From: Amoebidium appalachense
Taxonomy: Eukaryota > Protista > Ichthyosporea
Assembly: GCA_963693365.1 (NCBI GenBank)
Contig: CAVNZM010000013.1
Coordinates: 7,487,482 to 7,551,481 of the forward strand
Length of the DNA stretch: 64,000 nt
Reading direction: 5' to 3'
Within the stretch, counting starts at the first letter, position 1. Every line of letters begins with the position of its first letter. This document shows, one piece after another, positions 28,102-64,000 of the stretch. Position numbers and translations under genes: made by a program. The notes under the pieces were generated by a model. That model worked only from the letters and a program-made list of their open reading frames with translations, was not told the origin of the DNA and searched no databases.

Positions 28102-29863
28102 GGTGGGAGGTGGGGGTTTAAGATATCATCACGACATCCTCCAGCCAACCAACAGATGACTTTAAGGATGACGACGGTCTTTTTAGTGTGACTTTTAGAA
28201 CATCCTGAAAGATGGCTTTAAAATTGCATAAAGAAATCTTCCGGTGCTCTTACCAGAACTATGAAGATATAATTATTCTATGGGAGCGACCATATATAAC
28301 GTTAGGCCGTCCTAAAGCCGTCTAAAGCCTTGTGTATATTAATTATTGTGTCTTTTCCTCAATTTATGATGAATCTATATTATATATATGACGTAAATAC
28401 GTCTAACGCATATCTTGTTTGTGTCACCATGTACCAATAAAAATATCCCTAGCCAATCGGTGAGTTGCTTTTAGTACGTCATAAAGTCGACAACTCATGT
28501 TAGACTAGTACTGAAATAACATATTACATAACTACATTTTAAGGATACATTTAGGTTAACCACAACATATCTGTAATACATCTCTGCAAATTCTTCAAGA
28601 GGTGTTAAGTATGCCATATATATCCCGAATCGTCTGAATTACAAAAAGTAGTATTAAAGATGAATGATTAATATTGGTGATCGAAACGCGCTCTTGTAGA
28701 CGGCTGACAGATAGCTTACAGATATGCTGGGGATATCTGTATTGTAAAAGTTCATAAATATTGTCTTTTTATAGATTCGTATAAGACATAACAAAGACGG
28801 CTCTACGATATGCTTCGGGGAGGAAACAGATGGAACACGGGATAGGGTTTCGCCGGGGTACAGATATGCTAAAGGTACAATAAGGACGTACTCACAGAGA
28901 TGTCTTTAATAGCGCCTGCTAAAGCCGGACGGGTTATGGATAGCTTTGAGACTCAGTCCTCTCTAACTATAAACGGTTATAATGGGTATAGTTCAGGATG
29001 GGTTACGGGTTTAGGATGTCCTAGAGTGGTTTTAGACGGGAAAAAGATGCCGGGAGATGTTTGCTGATGGTGTTTCCCATCAAGAAAATGGTTGCACGGG
29101 GTCCCATTCACGAATTTCGCCCTATCACACTTACGTCCGTCTTTCGCCGATTGTTCGAAAGTGGCCTTCTACAGGCCTTTTCTCATAATCCCACCCTTAA
29201 GCAGGCCTCCCAGCTGAGCCCACTTCAGGCGGCGTTTCGGAATCGTCACTCATGTTACGATCAAATTCTCACACTACACAACGCAACCCAAGGTGATCCC
29301 GAGCACCTCGTCTTTATCGACTTCAAGAATGCGTACGACACGGTCGACCTCCCTCGCTTGTGGGCCAAGTTGACCACCCGCGGTGTCCCATCCCAAATGG
29401 GTCGGCTACTGGAAGCTATGTTTACGTTTACGTGCGGACGGGCGGTGGTTAATGGTCGGCTGTCCCCGGGATTTACCCGCACGCGCGGGGTACTACAGGG
29501 GTCCCTGCTAAGCCCACTTCTTTTCAACCTGTATATTGACGATTTGGCTGACGCCCTTTCTGCGGCACAAATTGACGGGGGGTTGCCTTCCAAGGCCCCA
29601 CCCGCCCTCTTTTTCGCCGACGATATTGTGCTTGTCATCCGATCCTATCGAATTACGGCAATATATACGTGTGGTTGAACACTGGTGCCAGCGTAATGAT
29701 ATGAAGGTTAACGTTAAAAAGTGTGCCCTTTCAGTATCAAAATCCATCCCAACCTGGGACGACGTTTGTATTTTCGGCAGTCCCCTCCCTCGCCCAATCG
29801 AATACAAGTATTTTGGGATTTGTACGAGTGAGATTGTCCCACAATCACACGCATATGAATTTG

Positions 29864-30150
29864 GGGGTTTACGCTGAGGCAAAGAGAACCAGTCTCAGGT
29901 ATGGGGGGGGGGGGGGGGTTTGCTCGGAATATCCCCTCAGCGGTATATCATGATGGGGTTTACGCTGTTTACTCGAGGCAAAGAGAACCAGTCTCAGGTA
30001 TGGGGGGGGGGGGGTTTGCTCGGAATATCCCCTCAGCGGTATATCATGATCACGTACATAGATGTCGGGTGGTGACTATATATCAGGGTTTACTTTCTCT
30101 ACGAGACACCATAAAGACTACAAGGAGAAATCAATTAGTTGGGGTTCCCC

Positions 30151-30195
<45 letters not shown>

Positions 30196-30227
30196 GGGCT
30201 CCCCTCGGGACACTCGGTATCAGCTGG

Positions 30228-30276
<49 letters not shown>

Positions 30277-30961
30277 TGTGTTTGTGTGTGTGTGTGCGCG
30301 TGCGCTATAATTTTGTAGTGATGTGTTTCTCAAGCCAATCAATACATCTAATAAACAGGTCGTAGTTACGCGTGTTTAGTATAAAATCAAGGATGTTGTA
30401 ATTTACAGGTAGGCTATCTTTCTGGGTGTCTGTTGTGAATGTGACGTGTGTGTGTTGCGGTATTATGTGGTCTATCAAACTACATTTGGCGATACATGAC
30501 CGGTTAAACTGGTGTGTGTGTGTGTTGTTTGGGCATGCAAATGATGCCACCTTATACTTATTAGATCTCCACTGTATAGCACGTGTACAGTAAAAGCGTG
30601 GTAATTGATCAATAATACCATCAGCTAGAGAAAGACCAGTTCTACAGGAAGGTAATATGTATTTAGGTGTTATACACTTGCGAGTGCCATATTTGGCAAT
30701 ATGGTTGAGGCGGTCAGTATATATAAAACGAGACATAAGGCTTAGTTTTTCAAGGTGTATGCTTTCATCGGGTCTAGTGTCGTGTGGTATCTTTTTCCAT
30801 TTGTTATATTGCGTGATTATCTTGTGATTGTGTACATGTTTAATAAGTAAGTGGCAGTCCAAAGTCACACACACACTATTGCGGGGTTTATTTGTATTTG
30901 TGCCCAGGGGAGAAGGGGAGAGAGAGGGGAGGAAAGAGGGGAGAGGTGAGGAGGGGACAGG
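29864..30961 (-). mobile_element. 3' fragment of a second non-LTR retroelement (LINE-B), inserted in the TRIM 5' LTR
   Basis: 8-bp TSD TGAATTTG at 29856-29863 and 30962-30969. An open minus-strand frame runs to a stop at 30305; its C-terminus (IQWRSN..C..FNRSC..YNILDFILNTRNYDLFIRCIDWL) resembles that of LINE-A (MTILDHLINAAQYDIVIRCLNFL). The 3' end is a tandem pair of 91 and 96 bp units (29864-29954, 29955-30050). Confidence 0.82.
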
Positions 30962-31061
30962 TGAATTTGTACTTGGAGTCATAGGCAGAGACCAGATCCG
31001 ACGAGACCCTGCCCGAGCCTCATGGCTCCCCCTATACTATGCCGCTGATTACGCTCATATA

Positions 31062-31072
31062 TGGTAGCAGAG
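31062..31072 (+). promoter_or_regulatory. Primer-binding site complementary to the 3' end of initiator tRNA-Met
   Basis: TGGTAGCAGAG directly follows the 5' LTR and is the reverse complement of CTCTGCTACCA, the 3' end of animal-type tRNA-iMet. Confidence 0.8.
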
Positions 31073-33305
31073 ACAGCCCGACCGCCCTCTGATGGCCTAG
31101 CCGCTTTCCACTGCGCACTGCTATGAGCTCGGGGCGAGCTCACTCCCGCCGCCGAGATGGGCCCGGGTACCATATCACCCCCCGAGATGTATGAGTGAGA
31201 TTGTCCCACAATCACACGCATATGAATTTGTACTTGGAGTCATAGGCAGAGACCAGATCCGCCGAGACCCTCATGGCTCCCCCTATACTATGCCGCTGAT
31301 TACGCTCATATAGATTCCGGTGGACCCACGCCATATAAAAAGTATGTAAACCCTATGGGGCATACATTTGTTTCAAACGGATGATCGTCGACCGTCGGGT
31401 GGAGAGTGCAGGCAGGTGTCTTCAGTTATTTTGGGATGTGTATCTTGCTAATCTTTCTAATACTGTACACCTATACAACCGTCTTAGTATATTTCGCATA
31501 TATATTCGCCCTTTGTCTGAATACGGGTTGCCCTTATAATTACTAGCTATGGCACCCCCTGATGCTATTGATAATGTCCTCCAATCAATAGATGATTTCG
31601 AATTCCACTACACAACTTTGTACGTTTCTCACTGGTCTTTCCACACCTATCCCTAGACGCCTTTTTGATTCTCTCTACGCACTCACACCACCATCACAAC
31701 GCGTACACGAATTAGCCCTTAATATTTCAGGAGCACATCACCCGCCTGTCCGCTTGTGCCCCGGACCACCCGCCGCTCTTTCGGCTACACGCATCCCCGC
31801 CGGACTCGCCCCTCTACCTCTTCCCTTCCACATCGTCTCTGCCCATTGTCGAGTGTTATGCGGAATGGCTGGCGACCCCACCGGAGGTACGTCTAGATCA
31901 TAGTGTGAATATGAATAGTTTCAAGTCTATGGCTGATAGATATCTTTTTACTCTACGTGTTGAGTCCCTTCCTGTGTTAGGACCGCAAAACACCTACTAG
32001 TAGCCTATATGGCGGATACGGTTAGAGAGTCTCGTTCCTACACAGATTCGTTTACTCGTAATGTGGTGTGGTGTAAAAACGCAAAGATGATTATGGCTTG
32101 GCGGTGTAATTGGTTTCTGGGTCTCCTGCTAGTATGTGTAATATGTGTGGGGGGCGGTTTACTCGCGGAATCCGATGCATATCTATCGTGTAACCTGTTG
32201 GCTTACGTAATAAAACCAGAGGTTATTGGCGGTTTTATTCTCTTTTCTCCCTCTCTTCCTCAATATATCCGTTTTAAAATGACTATCCTAGATCACCTTA
32301 TTAATGCTGCACAGTATGATATTGTGATACGGTGCCTTAACTTTCTTTCGGAGTTACCGATGCTAGCCTCGAGCTCTGCTTACCCAATGATATGTAACAG
32401 GGGTGTCTTTTTCTACGATGGCGCTAATTGTTGTCTAGCATGTACATATGTGAGGGGTTTACACACTTCATGCACTGGGCAAGTAAGGTCAACTTTTGTC
32501 TCTGGAAGCCAGCCAGTGCGTGGGCCAGCGAACGAATCAGTCTCATAGTCACAGTCATGTCACCACAAGCTGCATTTGATTGGCTGCGCTGGAAAACGCA
32601 GTGTGGCTGGGCGCCTGGCAGTGTCCACGCAATAAGAAGTGTGTAAACCATAGTATGCGAAAACCTTTTTTTGGGACAATCAAACAGCAGATGTGTCTGT
32701 GTGAGAGTGAAAGGGTAAACTAGGGGTCTTGGTAAGTGCGACGTCGCTGAAGCACTTCAGAGCGTGTTTTATGAGGTTGCTAGTTTAGTCTCAGCGTATA
32801 TTTTGTCGTCAACAACGTTGCTCGTTTGGTCTCAGCGTATATTTTGTCGTCGACAACGTAAGGGTGGAGAAGGCATAGAGGGATCCAAGGTGGGTGGTCC
32901 CTGTTGGTGGCTTGTGTACTCTGCCGAGAGGCATGTTGGTTTTTTCTGTTTGCGTGTGTGCGTGCGTTCGTGTGTGCGTCCGTGTGTACGTGCGTGTGTT
33001 CGCGTGCGTGGGCTCGCGTTCGTGCGTGCAAGTGCCACACGCAGCCCGTCCAGGTGTTTGCCTCGTGTTTTTACTCTGTGTGCAAGTTACACATTCTTTG
33101 CTTCGAAAGTCTGTGTGCCCATATTGTGGATGCTTTTTTCCCCCACACCCGTTTTTTCAAGGGTGTGTCTATATTTATCGTGCACCACCATCAGAAAAAA
33201 ACACGCAGCCAATTTTCTCTCAGCTCTCAGTTAGGTACAAACGGCTTGACGTATTTGTCACTCCTCAGGTACTGCGTTCGTTCACGGCTACAAAAAACCC
33301 CTATC

Positions 33306-46543
<13,238 letters not shown>

Positions 46544-46935
46544 AGACGACAGCAGAAGGGTTGATTTTCTGAAGGATGAGAAAACCCCGAATTTTCATTC
46601 CTTGTTTTCAATATCTCTCCTTTCCCGCATATCCTACCAATAGATCACTGTGTTTCTGTCTTCGATATATGCTTACAAGGCATGTAATTTTTCCTTTTTG
46701 TTTGTCTTTTTGTTGTCATTGCCAAGTTCACATCATGGTGATGTGGGTTTTTTGTGATCCAACGTGTTCCGTTGACGCTGAGGTTTTTGTCCAACTTTTG
46801 TTGCTATAAGTCTTGCACTTGCTGCGTGAATTTCTCTTTCTGTGTGTTGTGTTTGTGTGTGTGGTGTTGGTGGGGGTGGGGTGGTGTTGGTGGGGGTGTA
46901 GATGGTTTTTTTTTTTTGGGGGGGGGGGGGGGGGA

Positions 46936-47001
<66 letters not shown>

Positions 47002-47404
47002 TGACACAACGCGCGATTAGATATACACAAGAAAGAGGAAGGATGGGAGGGGAGATACGCAAACGCGCGCGCATGCATTCTGCATACATTCCGACGTTGT
47101 GAAGTGTGCATAGTGAAGTCGGAGTATGCACTCGAAGGATTGAGACGCAAAATGTTTTTTTCCCCCCTTTGGTTTTGAAAGCTCAGTGTTAATGCACATA
47201 ACAGGCACATCTGTAATTTAAAATCATGAATGGGACAGGCTTCCTGTATAGAACCGCTTAGCTTAGTGCTACGGATGGTTTTAACTTTAGAGAGTTTTCA
47301 TAGCAGTGTTCTGTTGTTTAGGTTATACCTGTATGCCCACACCTGCACTGGAGTAATATACCAGGAGTGTATTAAATTGGCATGGTGTGCGAACGGCGAT
47401 GGGT

Positions 47405-47448
<44 letters not shown>

Positions 47449-48021
47449 TGTGGGTGTGTGCGCACGTGCGCACGCGTTTGTGTGGTGGTGCTGGTGGTGG
47501 TGGGGTGTGTGTGGGGCGGGAGGGGGAGGGAGAAGGCCCCGGGCCGGATGTGTGTGAGTGTGTGTGTTTGCGTGTGTGTGTGTTGGGGAGCGGGCCCGGG
47601 GTTGACGAGGATCATTGCACTTTATTGGCCGCTCCCTCCGGCCAATCGGAAACACAACTTGTGCCCCACATGCTTGATATATGTACATCATACTACAAAC
47701 GAAATACACCCCTTAGTAATGTTACCTAATATACGGTCACAAACAAACACCCCTAATTCTACAGACAGTACATCCGAGAAAACAAGAAAAAGGTTGACGG
47801 GCTGGTCCGGGGAAAAGGCGGGAAATCCGAGCTGGTGACGGGTTGGTGACGTCACAGTGAGCGATGTTACGGGACCGCTGGCGCCGGTCTACAAAAATAA
47901 ACTTTTGAATGCCCCTCTCAGCAACTTCGGAATATACTTCACGAGAAGGCATGTAAGAGTAGCGGTGTAGTGTTTGGCACGCATTAGTTGTAATGTTTGC
48001 GCGCTAGTGATTAGTGCGAAG

Positions 48022-48600
48022 ATGACGGGTGGTTGTGCAGCGAAATGGTTTAAAGCACGCAGAGGCAAGACTACCCACATGGTGCAGGTTCCTTGCACTA
48101 GGACAAGGGCGGGATCGGAGATTAGATGGCAATGGTTGAAATTAGTAGAACGTGAAGATATAATCAAGAAGGAGAAAGCAGCAATAGCAGAATACCAAGC
48201 TGAAAGGGCTAGGAAAGAAAAGGAGCAATCTCAAGCTTAGGTTAACTTATTAAGGGAGACCTTTGGAGAACATGTTGAAGAGGGAAACAGACCACAACTT
48301 GAAAACAATAAAGATGCCCCTTCACAGGGGTCAAGAAACCGGATAAGCCCACCCTCCGAGTATCCGCTAAATTGTTCCGTGAAGCACGGCTGTGTGAGGC
48401 ACACTTTGATCTTGCGGCGTTAGAGTTGCACATATCTAGACGAAACAACAAGAATAAGATCATAGACACAACCTATAGGCCATTGGCCAAGGAACATGAT
48501 CCTGTTTATAAGAAAAAGCTGCTTGAGAGGCAACTGGGAAACGCATCGCAATCGGCCACAGAAGATCCAAGCTTGCTGTCAGGTACTTGTGTGCCCCCCG

Positions 48601-48634
<34 letters not shown>

Positions 48635-49085
48635 CCCCCCCCACCCCCTTCCCTCCCCCCCCCCCCCCCTTCCCCCCCTCCCCCCCCCCCCCCCCCCCCC
48701 CCCCTTCCCCTCCCCCCACTCCTGCACGCCCACTCCTTGGAACTTTACCGTCACTCCTCCCACCCATCCCCCCTTCCTTTTTCTTCTTCAATATACCATT
48801 CCGCCCGTGTGTGTGTGTGTGTGTGTATGAGGGGCGGGATTTGTATGTGGGGGGGGGGGGGGGGGGGGGGGGGAGGGGGAGGGGGGAGTGGGGGGGGGAG
48901 AATGGAACGATGTGATCCGACGTGGTGAACAGAAACGCTTACATGCAAAGGCCAGTCCTGGCAGGCAGGGGGGAGGGGAGGGAAGGAGGGAAGGGGAGGG
49001 GGAGGGGCACCCGGTTGTAATTTCAGAATCTCACGCCCACCACCCTCTCCATCGTTATTCTATTCTTCACACACATCCCCCTTCC

Positions 49086-49116
<31 letters not shown>

Positions 49117-49266
49117 GCTAGAAACCTTTCTGCTTACAACCACACACACGTCATCGAACACACTACCCTTTGCCCCCCTCGTTCCCCTCCCCCTCCCCCC
49201 CTTCCCCCCGGGGACCCCCGTGTTTCTCTCTTCTTGCCCCCTCCCCCACCCTTCTCTCGCTCGTCC

Positions 49267-49302
<36 letters not shown>

Positions 49303-49443
49303 ACCCCCCCCCTTTTTCTTCCATTCCATGGGCCACCTTGCACCTGCCCAACAATTCATCCCTTCAACCAAATGTGGATGCACCGACCGAAGACCAAATA
49401 AGGGCAAAGGAGGACAAGCTGAGGGGGTATTGGGAGAACCTGG
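48022..49443 (+). pseudogene. Decayed THAP zinc-finger (C2CH) gene, possibly a transposase remnant
   Basis: MTGGCAAKWF..VP..RWQWLKLVER, then an in-frame TAG (48238-48240) and a frameshift, then RLCEAHF and a donor near 48583. This matches the THAP pattern C-x4-C...P...R..W...CxxHF, with the second Cys as Phe (TTT vs TGT). Further exon-like pieces lie near 48900-48960 and 49340-49443. Confidence 0.45.
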
Positions 49444-49581
49444 TATGTGCTAGACCTTTAAAGGCTATGCCCTTAGTCGGGGTTAAAAGGGAAGATCACG
49501 TCCGTGTATGGGCATGCATAAGCTGAAAGAGGGCATGCAACGATGAAATATAATATAATAAGTTAAAAGTATCATTTTTAG

Positions 49582-49619
<38 letters not shown>

Positions 49620-50480
49620 CTAAGAGATAATGGAGATGGGGGAAGGCAAGAAATGAAAAAAGACTCCAAATCTGAATTCCATGTGTAGGTATATCCCAAA
49701 CGTTTGTATGTCCCACCTGTCGATAAATCCGAAATTTAGCTATATCCCAGCAAATATATCACAAATACAGGCATATCTTTCGTGATGTACATGTGTAGTC
49801 CAAATGTAGTTATATCCAACATTTGATAATCTCCATAACATAATTTATTACATGTTCCATGCTTTGGCATTTCCGAAACTTGAATATCTGGACAAAACTC
49901 TCACTTGTGGCTATGACCCCCTAACCCCACATTCCCCCTCGTCTAAATGTTGTCCGCTTTCTGCTCTTCTGTTTTTTTCGCCTAGGCTTGGAGTCTCTTC
50001 CCGCCTCTCACTCCCTCTCACTCCTCCAATACCCTTCTCTTCAGGGAGACATACACATTTTCACAACAGCACACACACGCCTTGGCGTGCACATACCCGC
50101 CAAGCCTGTGTGTGCGCCAAAACGCGCGCACACACACAAACACACACACACACGCGCCCGCGTGCGCGCCCGCGCGCATGTGGACGCGCACACGCACACG
50201 CACAGCCCGACCAGACGTACCGTGAGGACTTGCAGCAAGTCAGCCCAACCACAAACAATAATATCGAGGCTGCTAATCAGGAAGGGGACTGTAAGTCAAC
50301 AATGGGTTTTTATCCAATTAGGATGCACTTTTAGATTGGACTGCTGTAATTAGCCCCATGAGAGATTGTCTCTTCCCCGCCTCGAGCTGATCGAATCAGA
50401 CATCTTTTGCCTCCTATCATTACTCCAGATGGAACCAAATCCCTCCCCCCCCCCCTCTCCCCATGCACACAGACCACACC

Positions 50481-50753
<273 letters not shown>

Positions 50754-51661
50754 CAGAGCGTGCGTAAACTGAGATGGTTCCTGTCCGGCCCGAGGGCCCA
50801 GGCGTCACAAAGTTTCTCTGGCAGGCTCAAGCCTCTCCAAAACGAAAAGGGAGATCTAATCTAGATCCTGGACGCAATCTTGCACCAAATAGATTGCAGG
50901 TGTTGATTGGCTTTTCTTAGGATAAAACGTTTACAGAGGTATGTAAGGAATGTAAGGTATGTGATAAGCCACGGACTGAAACGCACTCAAAAGTGACTAC
51001 GGGTGTACACAGGTTGCCTTTCTCACACAAAGGAACATATGCTTGAGATATGGTGGGGAATATGCGTGTGTTATGAAATAACTGCTTATAGAGGGGAATT
51101 GTATTTGGATTGACTTTATTTCTCTCTTCCGCCTCTTCTAGAGAGGGCTCATGCAGGACTGGTTTCGTTCTCCACACGACAAAGCGAAAAGTTTATCAAG
51201 TTTCTACACAACGTTTTCACTTCTGTTCTTCTCCTTTACTACCGTTTTTTCGGCACGAACAGCTCAGTTCATGAATGCATAGCTGCAAATATGAGGTTAT
51301 GATGGTGCAGCGTGTACACCTTTTTCCCAATCAAGGACCCGGTTCATTGATGCAAAGGCACAACACACCACTTTATACGATCCGATGGTTACACTGGTTG
51401 TCTGCGTTTCTTTAGGTAGACTTGTGGCAGTGTTAGTAATGAGCACGTTATCGAGGGAAACACAGTAGATTTCGCCTTATTAACACCACGTGGAAATAGC
51501 CACTAGTCACGCGTTCGCCCCTGCAAGATTCCGAAGCACCACCTACACACTGATACCACTCGACCTTCTGGCACTTTCATCAACTCACACATGCAAAACC
51601 CAATTACATCTAGGGCCATTTCAAAACATCTCTAACAGCCACTTGAAGACGATTCTTCAAC

Positions 51662-64000
<12,339 letters not shown>

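Larger units (their letters stand above)
29821..31312 (+). mobile_element. Miniature non-autonomous LTR retrotransposon (TRIM-like)
   Basis: The 5' LTR is split into 29821-29863 and 30970-31061 (135 bp in total); the 3' LTR is 31188-31312 (125 bp, 10-bp deletion). Termini are TGTAYGAG...CTCATATA. PBS TGGTAGCAGAG at 31062-31072. Internal region is 126 bp. The 4-bp TSD GATT lies at 29817-29820 and 31313-31316. Confidence 0.85.
29061..32400 (+). mobile_element. 5'-truncated, decayed non-LTR retrotransposon (LINE-A) with RT and C-terminal domain, interrupted at 29821-31312
   Basis: RT motifs FRPITLTS, QAAFR..SCYDQ, FIDFKNAYDTV, RGVLQGSLLSPLLFNLYIDD and FADD. After a frameshift near 29637: KVNVKKC and YKYFGI. 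After the insertion: PVD, then the thumb motif FRIYIRPLSEYG (about 31490-31535) and C-terminal MAWRCN..TILDHLIN. Several stops and frameshifts. Confidence 0.9.

Noticed and set aside
28140-29066. TIR element with CAGCMAAC-like ends truncating LINE-A
   Set aside because: The terminal match is only about 8 bp with mismatches and has no TSD. It cannot be supported without other copies.
30305-30982. Standalone 225-aa minus-strand gene
   Set aside because: Its ATG lies in the TRIM LTR outside the TSD-bounded insert. The frame is the truncated end of the LINE-B ORF.
29821-31348. Alternative insertion boundary with a TGTA duplication that would rejoin the RT in frame
   Set aside because: TGTA is the LTR start in both LTR copies. 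The LTR end plus the GATT TSD and the restored GIPVD motif explain the junction better.

Overview
Eukaryotic genomic DNA saturated with (CA/TG)n, (GA/TC)n and poly-C/poly-G tracts. Almost all ORFs in the supplied track are translations of these simple repeats. Manual splicing gives four intact + strand genes: a class C-like GPCR with an apparent extra N-terminal TM helix (2 exons), a secreted class 3 lipase (2 exons), mitochondrial ClpX (15 coding exons), and an attractin-like EGF/CUB/Kelch/PSI/laminin-EGF gene (at least 14 exons, runs off the window). There is also a decayed THAP-domain gene. Mobile DNA includes a three-level nest: a decayed non-LTR retrotransposon, interrupted by a miniature LTR element (iMet PBS, 4-bp TSD), whose 5' LTR is interrupted by a related non-LTR fragment (8-bp TSD). 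There are also two TIR elements and a family of about 10 co-oriented, mostly intronic repeats with a fixed 3' end running into poly-C. The most unusual signals are introns where (CA)n replaces the polypyrimidine tract and poly-C follows the donor, and retroposons that appear to end in C-runs rather than poly-A. Gene content suggests an opisthokont, possibly a unicellular holozoan; this is inference only. All alignments and splicing were done by eye.
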